Shown piece by piece: positions 31,460 through 42,129 of a stretch of DNA of 64,000 nt (its first letter is position 1; every line of letters begins with the position of its first letter). The notes under the pieces are model-generated. The model was not told the origin of the DNA and did no database searches. It saw nothing but the letters and a program-made list of their open reading frames with translations. A program made the translations under genes and the position numbers. Source of the stretch: Bdellovibrionales bacterium (GTDB lineage Bacteria > Bdellovibrionota > Bdellovibrionia > Bdellovibrionales > JAUICD01); contig OZ241865.1 in NCBI GenBank assembly GCA_965203275.1, positions 192,001 to 256,000 on the forward strand, written 5' to 3'.

Positions 31460-31924
31460 TCTTTTTTCTCCCCTTCTAATGTTCTGCCACTTGTTCTGCT
31501 CTACTTATTGTTTTGTTGAAATAAATCTAAACTTAAACTTGGTTAAATTTGGACTTAAACTAAGATTAAGGTATAGACAATACGTGAGATAAATCAATAG
31601 TTTGAAAAAAACAATAATTATTTTATTCTGACACATTGTATCAAGTTTATATAGGCTTATGGACGAAAGGTGAGTGGATAGCTAAAAATAACTATGAGCA
31701 TCATACTTAGAGGCCTTTATTACTTTATTACTAAGATGTCTTTATAAAAAAAGAAGCCACAAGGACCTCTTTTTATTTTATTAACCAGTTCTTATCTTAC
31801 AACAGTAAAAAATTTGAATTATTCTTTTCAGATAAAGCCAAGTCTTTAGGGTTGAATTACTTTAGAATTGGATTATTAGAATGAACTGTCATCTACTAGA
31901 ATATCTATTATTCAAGGTAAACAC

Positions 31925-32978
31925 CCTGTTTTTTAACATTGTGTCTATCTGGGATCCCGGGATCCGGGATCTGGGATCCGGGATCCGGCAACCCGGCATC
32001 AAAAAGAAATCTTGTTTCCTTAATATCGTGTAAAGAGACGAGAGGATCCTCCCCTACTCAAAATGAGCGGATTTTTTAGATGTTGCCTATTTTGTCAAAG
32101 GCGAAAGCCTTTGCGGTCATTGCCCAAGGTGTAAGAAGGAACTTTTTCCTTAACATGTAGTTAAAAAACGAAGGGATCCTCCCTACTAAAAGTGGTCAGG
32201 CTTTTGAGGCAATGACCATTTTGTCAAAGGCGAAAGCCTTTGCGGTCATTGCCCAAAAGTAGCCAGAGGCTAGACCACTTTGAGTGAAACAACTCCTTAA
32301 CATCGTGTTTATCTGGGATCCGGGATCGGGCAACCCGGCATCAGAAGGAAATCTTTTTCCTTAACATTGTGTCAAAAGACGAGGAGATCCTCCCTACTAA
32401 AAGTAAGCGGACTTTTGAGGTAGCCAGCCTTTGATTGACGGCGGTAGCCGTCGGGCTGGCTACCCAAAAGTGACCAGAGGTCAGTTTACTTTTAGTGAAA
32501 AAGAGAGGTGTGGTTCATTTTGAGTGAAACAACTCCCTAACCCCACCCCCCGCCCTTCGATTCTGCTTTTCCATCTTGTTTTTACTTGAGAATAGGGCAG
32601 TGTGAGCCTTCCGAAGTCCTCAATTGAGCTTGCTTTTAAAGAGCAAGCTCAATTTGCGGAAGATCTCCAGGCTCCCACTGCCCCATCCTCTCTTTAATTA
32701 CTTTTTTTTGAAAGTTATGCAGAATCTAAAAAGAATAAAAAAACAAAAAGAAACTCTTTTTTCCTTAACATGGTATAAAGAAATAAAAAGATCCTTTTTC
32801 TGGGATCCGGGAACCGGCAACAAAAGGAACTTTTTCCTTAACATCGTGTTAAAAAACGAGGAGATCCTCCCTACTAAAAGTGGTCAGGCTTTCTAGGTTG
32901 CCAGCATTTGAGAAGGCGATAGCCTTCGGCTGGCAACCAGAAAGTAGCCAGAGGCTAGGCCACTTTTAGTGAACCAAA
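31925..32978. repeat. Mosaic (BIME-like) cluster: several family A elements, GGGATCC repeats and one family B element (about 32534-32750)
   Basis: Copies at about 32041, 32171, 32385, 32860 joined by TTCCTTAACA linkers. Confidence 0.88.
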
Positions 32979-32981
32979 CGC

Positions 32982-33737
32982 TTACTTGAGTGAAAAATTA
33001 CGATGTACGTCATAGAGTGCAACTGCTAAGCTAGTAGAAGCATTTAAGCTATGGGTTTTTTCGACCTGAGGAATAGTAAGGATTTGATCGCAAACCCCTT
33101 TGATTCCTTTACGTAAGCCTTTACTCTCCGCTCCTACAATCAATATAATTTTTTTAGGGAAAGTTTCTTGCCATAAAGGTTTTGAATTTTTCTCTCTATA
33201 TGTTTCTAAACCATATATCCAAAAACCTAAATCTTTGAGTTTTTGAAGTTCATTTAACAAATTAGATACAATTTGTATGGGGACATGTTCTACTCCACCA
33301 CTGGCTACTTTATGCACAGCAGGTGTCAGATGAACACAGTGATGCTTGCCAAGTATAATACCGTAAACTCCAAAGAGCCATGAGGATCGCAAGATATTTC
33401 CAAGGTTTTGTGGGTCTTCTAAAGAATCAATGGCAACTAAAACAATTTGCTTGCTTTTCTTCACAATACTCCAGTCCCAAGTGGGTCGACTATGGCAATC
33501 TAAAGCAAGTCCTTGCCAATTTTTTAAAAAATTTTCTCTCTTATATGTAATAGGAATTTTATGGTTCAGTAAGAGAGCATGCAACTCTTTAAGTGCTACC
33601 GACTTTTTCCATTGATGGGATAGGTAAGCTATGGAGATACTCCAAGGCCTAATTTTAAGAGTTTCTTTACAGGCATGTAGCCCGATAATTCTTCTATTAG
33701 GTTTTTGAGTAAATGCTCTTTTAATATTTATTTTCAT
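32982..33737 (-). CDS. TrmH/RlmB-family SPOUT RNA 2'-O-methyltransferase
   Basis: DSLEDPQNLGNILRS, VGAESKGLR, SLNAS. Confidence 0.92.
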   Translation of the reverse strand: MKINIKRAFTQKPNRRIIGLHACKETLKIRPWSISIAYLSHQWKKSVALKELHALLLNHKIPITYKRENFLKNWQGLALDCHSRPTWDWSIVKKSKQIVLVAIDSLEDPQNLGNILRSSWLFGVYGIILGKHHCVHLTPAVHKVASGGVEHVPIQIVSNLLNELQKLKDLGFWIYGLETYREKNSKPLWQETFPKKIILIVGAESKGLRKGIKGVCDQILTIPQVEKTHSLNASTSLAVALYDVHRNFSLK

Positions 33738-33834
33738 ATTTATAATAAAAAAATATTGACCTGTTATTTGTTCTTTTTTAAAAAGGTGTTTTGTGTTACT
33801 TTATATAAACAGTGCAGAAAAATAATAAATATAA

Positions 33835-33911
33835 GGGCCGCTAGCTCAGTTGGTTAGAGCATCTGCCTTTTAAGCAGAGGGTCTCTGGTTCGAGTCCAGA
33901 GCGGCTCACCA
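33835..33911 (+). tRNA. tRNA-Lys (TTT)
   Basis: GGGCCGCTAGCTCAGTTGG...CCTTTTAAGC...GGTTCGAGTCC...GCGGCTCACCA. Confidence 0.95.
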
Positions 33912-33932
33912 TTTATTATTATAACACTGTAT

Positions 33933-34008
33933 GACCCCTTCGTCTAGTGGTCTAGGATATCACCCTTTCACGGTGAGGACACGGGTTCGAGTCCCGTAGG
34001 GGTCGCCA
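33933..34008 (+). tRNA. tRNA-Glu (TTC)
   Basis: GACCCCTTCGTCTAGTGG...CCTTTCACGG...GGTTCGAGTCC...GGGGTCGCCA. Confidence 0.95.
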
Positions 34009-34265
34009 TTTTTACAAATAAGATCAACATGACTCAAAACAATACACTCTCATTGGATTTGTGAAGGTTTTTTAGAGATTTTAAAAGCATTCTTTAAGAA
34101 AAAAGCAAAGTCCTTGTTAAAGATAATTGTAGTGATTATGAAGTAAGCTATTGAAATTATTGAATTAATTAAATTCCCTTTTTATTAAAAAGTTTCTAAG
34201 AAATTCTTAAAGCCATGATAATAAGCTGACTTTAAATATAGGTGGTAAAAAATAAGTGAGGTTTT

Positions 34266-35960
34266 TTGACAATGACTCAACAAAAGCCAGATCACTTTAT
34301 TCAAAAGATTATCAAACAAGATATAGCCTCTGGCAGAATAACTTCTGATGGACTGGTCACACGCTTTCCTCCAGAGCCCAATGGTTATCTTCACATTGGA
34401 CATGCTAAGGCTATTTGCCTTAATTTTGGACTTGCTCAACAATTTGGAGGACGATGCCATCTTAGGTTTGATGACACCAATCCTGAAACAGCTGAAATGC
34501 ACTACATTAAAGCTATCAAAGAAAATATTCAATGGCTTGGCTTTGATTGGGGGAAACATCTTTATTATGCCTCTGATTATTTTCTACAACTTTATCAATG
34601 GGCTGTTTTTTTAATAAAAAAAAACTTAGCTTTTGTAGATGATAGCACCCCTCAAAATATTCAAAAAATGCGAGGTTCTTTTACCGTCCTTGGTCAAAAC
34701 AGTCCCTTTCGTAATCGCAGTATAGAAGAAAATTTAGAACTGTTTGAGAAGATGAAAGATGGTCATTTTGAAGATGGTAGCAAAGTTTTGCGTGCTAAAA
34801 TAAACATGGCTTCTGGTAATATGAACATGCGTGATCCTATTATGTACCGCATACTTAAAAAAAAACCTCATCCACGAACAGGTCATACATGGAGTATTTA
34901 TCCTACGTATGATTTTGCCCACGGACAATCTGATGCGATTGAGAAAATCACTCATTCTCTTTGCACATTAGAATTCGAAGATCATCGCCCTTTGTATAAT
35001 TGGTTTTTAGAAAAGTTAGAAATTACAAATCCTCCAAGGCAGTTTGAATTTGATCGCCTTAACTTAGATCACACTATTTTAAGTAAAAGACATCTCTTAG
35101 AGATGGTCGAGAAAAAATATGTACAAGGATGGGATGACCCGCGTATGCCTACTATAGAAGGGATGAAACAGCGTGGCTATCCGGCTTCTGTTATTGTAGA
35201 ACTTTGTGACTTGATAGGGGTGACAAAAGATCAATCGACAATACAAACATCTTTGCTTGAAAATCTTTTCAGAAGGGAGCTTGGACGTACTTCCTGTCGT
35301 TTGATGGCTGTGATAGATCCTATAAAAGTTATTTTAGCAGGCAAGGTTTCTGAAACCCTCATAGCCAAAAAACATCCTCAAAAACCAGAATTAGGTAAAC
35401 GAAATATCCCTTTCAATCAAGATATTTTAATTGAGAAAAGTGATTTTGTAAATAAACTCCACAAAGTGGGATTGCATGTACGTTTAAGATACGCTTATGT
35501 TATTCGATGTGATGAAATTGTTAAAGATCAAAACGGCCAAGTACAATATTTAAAGTGTTCTTATTATAAAGAAACCAAAGGAGGTCAAATTCCTTCTGAA
35601 GATCGAAACATTCAACTAAAAAAAGGCGAAAAAATACCTATTATTCACTGGGTATCTGCTAACTTATCTTTGCCCATTAAGGTATATCATTATGATCATT
35701 TGTTTCGTTTTAAAAAGGGGGGATGTCTTGCTAGCGGTGAGGATTATAAAACATATTTGAATCCCAGCTCTTTGGTCATAGAAACAAATGGTAGAATAGA
35801 GCAAAGTGCAAGTTTATTGTTTGCAGATGATCCTGACCCTCAAGATCTTCAAGCTCAGCAACATCCTGTTCAATTTGAAAGATTAGGTTATTATATGCCG
35901 AAGTCTTACGAAGAAAAATCAAAAGATATTATATTTTATAGGGTTGTCGCTTTGAAATGA
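34266..35960 (+). CDS. glnS: Glutamine--tRNA ligase
   Basis: TRFPPEPNGYLHIGH, LRFDDTNP, LSKR, GWDDPRMPT, QFERLGY. Confidence 0.96.
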   Translation: MTMTQQKPDHFIQKIIKQDIASGRITSDGLVTRFPPEPNGYLHIGHAKAICLNFGLAQQFGGRCHLRFDDTNPETAEMHYIKAIKENIQWLGFDWGKHLYYASDYFLQLYQWAVFLIKKNLAFVDDSTPQNIQKMRGSFTVLGQNSPFRNRSIEENLELFEKMKDGHFEDGSKVLRAKINMASGNMNMRDPIMYRILKKKPHPRTGHTWSIYPTYDFAHGQSDAIEKITHSLCTLEFEDHRPLYNWFLEKLEITNPPRQFEFDRLNLDHTILSKRHLLEMVEKKYVQGWDDPRMPTIEGMKQRGYPASVIVELCDLIGVTKDQSTIQTSLLENLFRRELGRTSCRLMAVIDPIKVILAGKVSETLIAKKHPQKPELGKRNIPFNQDILIEKSDFVNKLHKVGLHVRLRYAYVIRCDEIVKDQNGQVQYLKCSYYKETKGGQIPSEDRNIQLKKGEKIPIIHWVSANLSLPIKVYHYDHLFRFKKGGCLASGEDYKTYLNPSSLVIETNGRIEQSASLLFADDPDPQDLQAQQHPVQFERLGYYMPKSYEEKSKDIIFYRVVALK

Positions 35961-36058
35961 AAAAAACATGTACTTTTATTATCCATAATCTCTATATCAT
36001 CATAAATCCATAGACATAGACATAAACTGATAAGGAAACTGATAGGGCAAATAATGAA

Positions 36059-36079
36059 AAGCCCTCATAATGAGGGCTT
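36059..36079. terminator. Hairpin between convergent genes, probable terminator
   Basis: AAGCCCTCA-TAA-TGAGGGCTT; preceded by an A-run. Confidence 0.55.
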
Positions 36080-36117
36080 CTATGGGTCAAATGCATTTGA
36101 CTGGTGAAAAGAAATAT

Positions 36118-36288
36118 CTAATCATTATCACTACCTGGATCGCTATCTTTGTCACCGCTACAGTCAACTGTTGTAACTGTATCAATAGCCTTCCATTGTG
36201 TTCCTGCATCATAAACAGAAGCACCTGCTTGATGACTTATAAATCCTGATAAAGCAAATACACATAATAATAAATATAAATAACGCAT
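36118..36288 (-). CDS. Small secreted protein (56 aa), absent from the ORF track
   Basis: AAGGAGGA RBS; MRYLYLLLCVFALSGFISHQAGA signal peptide; acidic tail. Confidence 0.65.
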   Translation of the reverse strand: MRYLYLLLCVFALSGFISHQAGASVYDAGTQWKAIDTVTTVDCSGDKDSDPGSDND

Positions 36289-36527
36289 TACGTCCTCCTT
36301 TGTAAAATGATTGATATAATATTAATTAATACTACTGATATTATTGTAACCTAATTTAAAAGGCTATGGCAATCTTTTTTTTTATTTATCTGTATTTATG
36401 TCTTAAGTTTGAGACAAATTTGAGACAAAAATCAAAAATTGTCTCAATATGAAACAGTTTTGCTTTACTCAAAGAGATCTCATTTGGGTCAGATGGATCA
36501 AGATGGATCAAGATGGATCAAGATGGA

Positions 36528-37208
36528 TCAAGTAAAAGTAGTCAGAGCGTTATAGGCTGCCACTTGCTGTGCTTCTCTTTTGCTTTTTCCAGAGCCTTTT
36601 GCAATAATCTTTTCATTAACTAATACATCTGTATAAAAAATTTTATTATGATCAGGCCCTTCTGTTTGTGTGAGAACATATTGAGGGATACATTGATACC
36701 TTTGCCATGTCATCTCTTGTAGCTGTGTTTTATAATCTTTCAAGTGAGTATGATGCAGTGTATGGGATATATTTTTTAATTCTTCATTAAATACTCTTTC
36801 TATAAAGGTTCTGCTATTTATTAAGCCAGAGTCTATATAGATAGCTCCAATAATGGCTTCTAAGGCACTGGATAATAAGCGTGGTTTGTTATGTCCTCCG
36901 GTGAGGACTTCTCCTTTGCTTAAACAGAGAAAATCTGGTATTTGTAATTCCTTTGCTATAAGGGCTAAGCAAGGCTCACCTACAAGGTAAGCTCTTTTTT
37001 TAGAAAGGTGGCCTTCATGATCCTGAGGAAATTTCTTCATAAGAATATCAGTGATTGCTAGTTGTAAAACAGCATCACCTAAAAACTCTAAACGTTCATT
37101 GTCTTTTGTCTGACCTTGTTCTTTAGCAAAGCTTTTATGGGTTAAAGCTTCTTTTAACAGTTGAGAATTTTTAAATTGATATTTGAGTATATCTTCTATA
37201 GGTTTCAT
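36528..37208 (-). CDS. rnc: Ribonuclease III
   Basis: NERLEFLGDAVL, EAIIGAIYID, DYKTQLQE dsRBD. Confidence 0.97.
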   Translation of the reverse strand: MKPIEDILKYQFKNSQLLKEALTHKSFAKEQGQTKDNERLEFLGDAVLQLAITDILMKKFPQDHEGHLSKKRAYLVGEPCLALIAKELQIPDFLCLSKGEVLTGGHNKPRLLSSALEAIIGAIYIDSGLINSRTFIERVFNEELKNISHTLHHTHLKDYKTQLQEMTWQRYQCIPQYVLTQTEGPDHNKIFYTDVLVNEKIIAKGSGKSKREAQQVAAYNALTTFT

Positions 37209-37597
37209 TGAACGCTCATGGCAAATTTGCGTACCCCAGCTGTTTTTACAATATCAATAATAGCAATGACCTGTCCGTGAGAAACATCTTGGTCAGCAGA
37301 AATAATAGCTTGAGTATTTGGATGAGTTTGAGTGATAGCAAATACTTGGTTTTGGAGCTGTTCTGAGGTGACTGTTTGCCCGTTAAGATCTATTTGACCA
37401 TAGCGATCTAAAGTAACATGAATAGGGGATGGAGGAGACTCTATACCAGAAGAAGCTTGAGGAAGCTGAACATCAAGAGAAGAACGCACCAACATAGGAG
37501 TTGTAACCATAAATATAATCAAGACCACCAAAATAATATCTACAAAGGGGGTCACATTAATATTTGCAATAGGTTCATTATCATCATTCATCATCAT
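37205..37597 (-). CDS. ExbD/TolR family protein
   Basis: INVTPFVDIILVVLIIFMVTTP. Confidence 0.93.
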   Translation of the reverse strand: MMMNDDNEPIANINVTPFVDIILVVLIIFMVTTPMLVRSSLDVQLPQASSGIESPPSPIHVTLDRYGQIDLNGQTVTSEQLQNQVFAITQTHPNTQAIISADQDVSHGQVIAIIDIVKTAGVRKFAMSVQ

Positions 37598-38261
37598 TTT
37601 TAGGTTGGTTTCTTTCCATGTTTTGCATTTCTTGCTTACAATAAGCAATTCCAATTTGTCTAACAGCATCCATATTTGTTAAGATCATTTTGACCATTTT
37701 AGTAAATGTATTAAAAGCAATCACAGCTGGAATAGCCACAAAAAGCCCTACAGCTGTAGCCACAAGAGCTTCTGCAATCCCATTCATTACAAGAGCCATT
37801 TGACCAGAAGTTGCTGTGGCTACTCCTAAGTCTTTAAAGGCTTTCATAATTCCTAAAACAGTACCTAATAAACCTATAAAAGGAGCATTTGAACCAACAG
37901 TAGCTAAAAAGTTAAGTCCTCTTTCAAGCTTTGGCTTTTCTCTTATAGCATAAAATTTAAAAATCTCATCAAACCCATGATCTTGGCCATCTTTGAAATA
38001 CTGAAGGGCTTGTTCTAAGGCTTGCCCTTCAAAGCTATTGAGAAAGAGGTGATCTAGTTTGCTTAGTTTATTATATTTCAGAGAATTCTCTAATTGATCT
38101 CGAAAATCCTGACTGGATTTAAGTGCAGATCTTAAAATAATTGTACGCTCTAGTATAATAGCTATGCTGAGGATAGATAACAAGATCAATAGCCATAGGA
38201 TGGGTGTGATGCCACCTTGAGCTACTGAAAAAAGGCTTTCTATTAAAAACTGATCATTCAT
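37584..38261 (-). CDS. MotA/TolQ/ExbB proton channel protein
   Basis: LATVGSNAPFIGLLGTVLGI, GIAEALVATAVGLFVAIPA. Confidence 0.94.
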   Translation of the reverse strand: MNDQFLIESLFSVAQGGITPILWLLILLSILSIAIILERTIILRSALKSSQDFRDQLENSLKYNKLSKLDHLFLNSFEGQALEQALQYFKDGQDHGFDEIFKFYAIREKPKLERGLNFLATVGSNAPFIGLLGTVLGIMKAFKDLGVATATSGQMALVMNGIAEALVATAVGLFVAIPAVIAFNTFTKMVKMILTNMDAVRQIGIAYCKQEMQNMERNQPKNDDE

Positions 38262-38329
38262 TATGAGGTCCGTTTATCTTAATCATGTTGATCAAGGTAT
38301 TTTAGTACTAAATATTTTTTAAACGTTTT

Positions 38330-38806
38330 TTATAGTCTTGTGCGTGCAATGTTAGTTTCAGATGTTGGTTTTTTGATTTCTGTGGCTGTAGGTACAGAAG
38401 TGGTAGATTCAATAAAGGGTTCATCTATTATAGTATCAAGAGTTCCTTTCATAGCACCTTCTGTCGTTTTATGAGTCTTAGGGGTAAAAGGAGAAATTAA
38501 TGTTTCTTTCATTTGAGCTAAAACCACGCCAGACAGATCCGCTTGCATTGCATTTATTTTATCCACAAGCACTTGATTTTGTTTAATAAGTATTTGGTTT
38601 TGTTTTTTAATTTGCTTTGTTTGTAAGAACCATGTCAACACTTCTCTAGCGATCCAGGCAAACAAAGTCAACCCTACCAACACAATCAAAAAAAGTGTCA
38701 AAAAAGCCATTTGATGAGCAAATATCAAATCCCATATATCACTAAAAAATGGCCTTACAGAAGGCAATAAAAAATCTAAAATATTCACCTCATTTGCTGT
38801 TTTCAC
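38330..38806 (-). CDS. Hypothetical single-pass membrane protein
   Basis: TM helix then short coiled coil. Confidence 0.6.
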   Translation of the reverse strand: MKTANEVNILDFLLPSVRPFFSDIWDLIFAHQMAFLTLFLIVLVGLTLFAWIAREVLTWFLQTKQIKKQNQILIKQNQVLVDKINAMQADLSGVVLAQMKETLISPFTPKTHKTTEGAMKGTLDTIIDEPFIESTTSVPTATEIKKPTSETNIARTRL

Positions 38807-38910
38807 TTTACTTTACACCGTATCTGATGAAGTTAAAATTAAGTTTCAAAAGACATACAAATTATCTTTATTGACTATAAATTATATACGACTTAATAGC
38901 AAGTTTTTTT

Positions 38911-39618
38911 TTCACTCAAAATGAGCCACACATTTCTTTCCCTAAAATTGAACTAGCCTCTGGCTACTTTTGAGCTGGATCTTCAATTTATTTCTTAAAT
39001 TTCAAAATCATTGCCCTGAGACCAGACTCTTTCCCATTTATATCATTAGTTTTTATCACTTTTTACTCATTTGGCTTTGAAATTCTGTGCTTACAAATAA
39101 AAAATCTGGATGCGAATGGTAATGGGCAGTTAGCCCGACGACTGTCGTCGTCGATCAAAGGCTAACTGCCTCAAAAGCTTGTTCAATTTTAGGAAGGAGG
39201 ATGTCCTCATTTCTTAACACAATGTTAAGGAAAAAGATTTCCTTCTGATGTTTGCTCTGACAGCAATTTTAGGAAGGAGGATGTCCTCATTTCTTAACAC
39301 AATGTTAGATTTCCTTCTGATGTTTGCTCTGACAGCTTACGCTGTCCAAAAAGAGCAATGTCCAAAAGTAGCCAGAGGCTAGTTTACTTTTAGTGCAAAT
39401 CAAATGAGGCAATGACCATTTTGTCAAAGGCGAAAGCCTTTGTAGGCAACACCCAAGATGTAAGAAGGAACTTTTTCCTTAACATGGTGTCAGAAGCAAG
39501 GAGATCCGCTCTACTCAAAATGAACAAGCTTTTGAGGTAGCCAGTCTTTTACGACGGCGATAAGCCGTCGGGCTGGCTACCCAAAAGTGGTCAGAGACCA
39601 GTTCATTTTGAGTGAAAT
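38911..39618. repeat. Cluster of full and partial family A elements
   Basis: GGCAGTTAGCC/GGCTAACTGCC, GGTAGCCAG/CTGGCTACC, TGGTCAGAGACCA variants. Confidence 0.8.
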
Positions 39619-39758
39619 AAACCCGACTTGACATTGAAACATGAATATTATAAAATTCCAGTAAATTTAAAGTTATGAGTTAGCAAACACGGCAATTAAA
39701 GCCAAATTTTATAAAATGCCAACAAATCTAAAGTTATAAGGAAGGAAGGATATAAATT

Positions 39759-40745
39759 ATGTTGAAAAAAATATGTATTTATTTAGTTATTATCTTGCAA
39801 TCAAATATGGTTTTTAGCTTTGATCTGACTGATGAAGGAATAGACAAAGCTATTCGAAATTATCTTTCATTTCAGATGGACACCATAGATGAGAGCGTTG
39901 TTGATGAATTCACTCAACTCGTAGAGAATAACCTTGATGTGTTTGGTTATATAGCAGAAGCTCAAACAGATCCAACTGTTTTACCTTATCTTGAAAAGTA
40001 CAATGCTCTCAAGATGAAGTATACAGGTCAACCCATTAATGCAAATATTAAAGTTATTTTAAGTAATCACCTTATGAAAAATACTCAGCATGATAGAAGT
40101 ATGATATTTGCTGGATATTGTGATTCTCTGACCCGTACTGTTTTCTTAGATCGCGGTTTTTGGAATTTTCACAAAGACAATGAAAAAATGAGAGAAGCTC
40201 TTTTATATCATGAATTAGGACACTGTGATTTAAACAGAAAGCACAGTGATGGTGGTGGATATGAACAAAGACAGCCTTATTTTTCTTTTATGAATCTTCA
40301 CCTACTTGAACCATTATTGATTCCATATATTTTTGAGCAGGAGCAAGAACGAGAAGAGCGATGTTCTAGAGAAATAGACGCATGGAGAGGAGGTGGACCT
40401 CCTCTTACTTTTGTTTGTAATGGCTATTCAGATAAATGTTCTAGAGAAGTTGTAGAGGAATATATGAGAAGAGGTGGATATCCTGGTTGCAATATAGACC
40501 TTGAATCCTATCACTATGAATACGTTTTAAATAATGATTTAGATAGGGCTTTTGAAGCACTCAATGAAGAGCTTTTTTCAATACAAAATACTACTACTGG
40601 TGTGGAATATATTAATGATGGTGGTCGTATTAAATCTACTTATACCTACCGACAATTTGAACCATTATATCTCCCTATAATTAAACATATAACTATTGGT
40701 CCTGCTATTGCACCTACAGCACAAGATTTTTATGAAGGTTTTTAG
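39759..40745 (+). CDS. Secreted putative zinc metallopeptidase
   Basis: Signal peptide, LLYHELGHCDLNRKH, downstream SFM Met-turn-like motif. Confidence 0.75.
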   Translation: MLKKICIYLVIILQSNMVFSFDLTDEGIDKAIRNYLSFQMDTIDESVVDEFTQLVENNLDVFGYIAEAQTDPTVLPYLEKYNALKMKYTGQPINANIKVILSNHLMKNTQHDRSMIFAGYCDSLTRTVFLDRGFWNFHKDNEKMREALLYHELGHCDLNRKHSDGGGYEQRQPYFSFMNLHLLEPLLIPYIFEQEQEREERCSREIDAWRGGGPPLTFVCNGYSDKCSREVVEEYMRRGGYPGCNIDLESYHYEYVLNNDLDRAFEALNEELFSIQNTTTGVEYINDGGRIKSTYTYRQFEPLYLPIIKHITIGPAIAPTAQDFYEGF

Positions 40746-40923
40746 AAAAACTTAGAGAAGGAAAAAGCTAAAGTCATTAAATAATATTAATTTGATGACT
40801 ATCAGTCTTATCAGGTAATAATGTCTCTAAAAACATTAATAAAAGCACAATGCCAACATAATTTGGATTTTAAAAAATGCTTCATTGTACTTTAGTTAAA
40901 GGATAATGGGATAGATAATGATT

Positions 40924-41526
40924 TTATGCTGTTTCCAAAAGAAACTTCATTAAGAGTCCTAATGCACTCACTGCAAGAGTTGTCGCAGTGATTATAATCA
41001 CAAGTATTCTATTGGTTAATGAAGATTTAAGCATTTCTATCTTTAATTGAACCTGTTCTATATCTTTCTTGGTATCAGCCCTTAGTTGCTCTATTTTTTC
41101 TGAAAGGTTATTGATATCTTTTTTAGTATCTGCCCTTAGCCGTTCTATATCTTTTTTAGTATCTGCACCTAGCAGTTCTATATCTTTCTTGGTATCAGCT
41201 CTTAAGTGTTCTATATCTTTCTTGGTATCTGCCCTTAGCTGTTCTATATCTTTCTTGGTATCTGCCCTTAGCTGTTCTATATCTTTTTTAGTATCTGCCC
41301 TTAGCTGTTCTATATCTTTCTTGGTATCAGCTCTTAAGTGTTCTATATCTTTCCTGAGGTGTTCTATATCTTTCTGAATAAGCAAGATATCTCTTTTATC
41401 AGCTACGCTTTGTAATTGGTTTTCTCTCCCCTTTTGCAAATCGATTAAAATATCGGCTTGCTGTTTTGTAAAACCACTATTTTGCAGACGTTGAAGTAAT
41501 TGTAAATCTATTGCTGGTTGTTTCAT
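40924..41526 (-). CDS. DUF1640/CCDC90/Bdr-like coiled-coil protein with 11-aa repeats and C-terminal TM
   Basis: L..SGFTKQQA N-terminal motif, KKDIEQLRADT repeats (33 bp). Confidence 0.85.
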   Translation of the reverse strand: MKQPAIDLQLLQRLQNSGFTKQQADILIDLQKGRENQLQSVADKRDILLIQKDIEHLRKDIEHLRADTKKDIEQLRADTKKDIEQLRADTKKDIEQLRADTKKDIEHLRADTKKDIELLGADTKKDIERLRADTKKDINNLSEKIEQLRADTKKDIEQVQLKIEMLKSSLTNRILVIIITATTLAVSALGLLMKFLLETA

Positions 41527-42038
41527 GTTTTTGCTCCATTTCTATTATATAGCTTACTATGGTTAAGTTAATAGCAAAAATTTTACTTTTTATCACTATT
41601 ATTTCTAGCTTACATAAGTTTGATGTATTTGTCAATAATGCATATCAAACCATGAAAAATCAGACTTAATGCATTAAAATAGTTGTTTTTAATCTGTACA
41701 CTTTAATTTTATTCAATCTATATCATCTTAAATCAAAAATAAATTTCTTTGAAAATCTCAATATTATTATCTCAAATGGATTTTATACGTTGATTATACG
41801 TGATATTGCGATAGTGGGAAAGCTGGCTGTTAGCGACTATTTTTGTCATATATTGACAAAAATGGTCCTTGTCAACCCTTTGCTCCATACTTATATTTTA
41901 TTATAATAATCCTTAGATGTTTTCAAAGCAGGAATTTAGGCTTGTAAATATAGGATTTTTATCTATAGTTTAGGATAATTTTAGCAAATTTTATATACTA
42001 AAAGAAAGTTGAGATGAATCTATAAAGGAGTAAACTTT

Positions 42039-42054
42039 TGGCAAAAATATTGCA
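42039..42054 (+). promoter_or_regulatory. Possible sigma54 -24/-12 promoter
   Basis: TGGCAAAAATATTGCA about 75 bp before 42130. Confidence 0.4.
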
Positions 42055-42129
42055 AAAGTAATTTTAAAGTTTTAAAATATTGTAAATGTGAAGATGTTTT
42101 GAGTTTAAAATAAAGTTTAGAAGGTTGTA

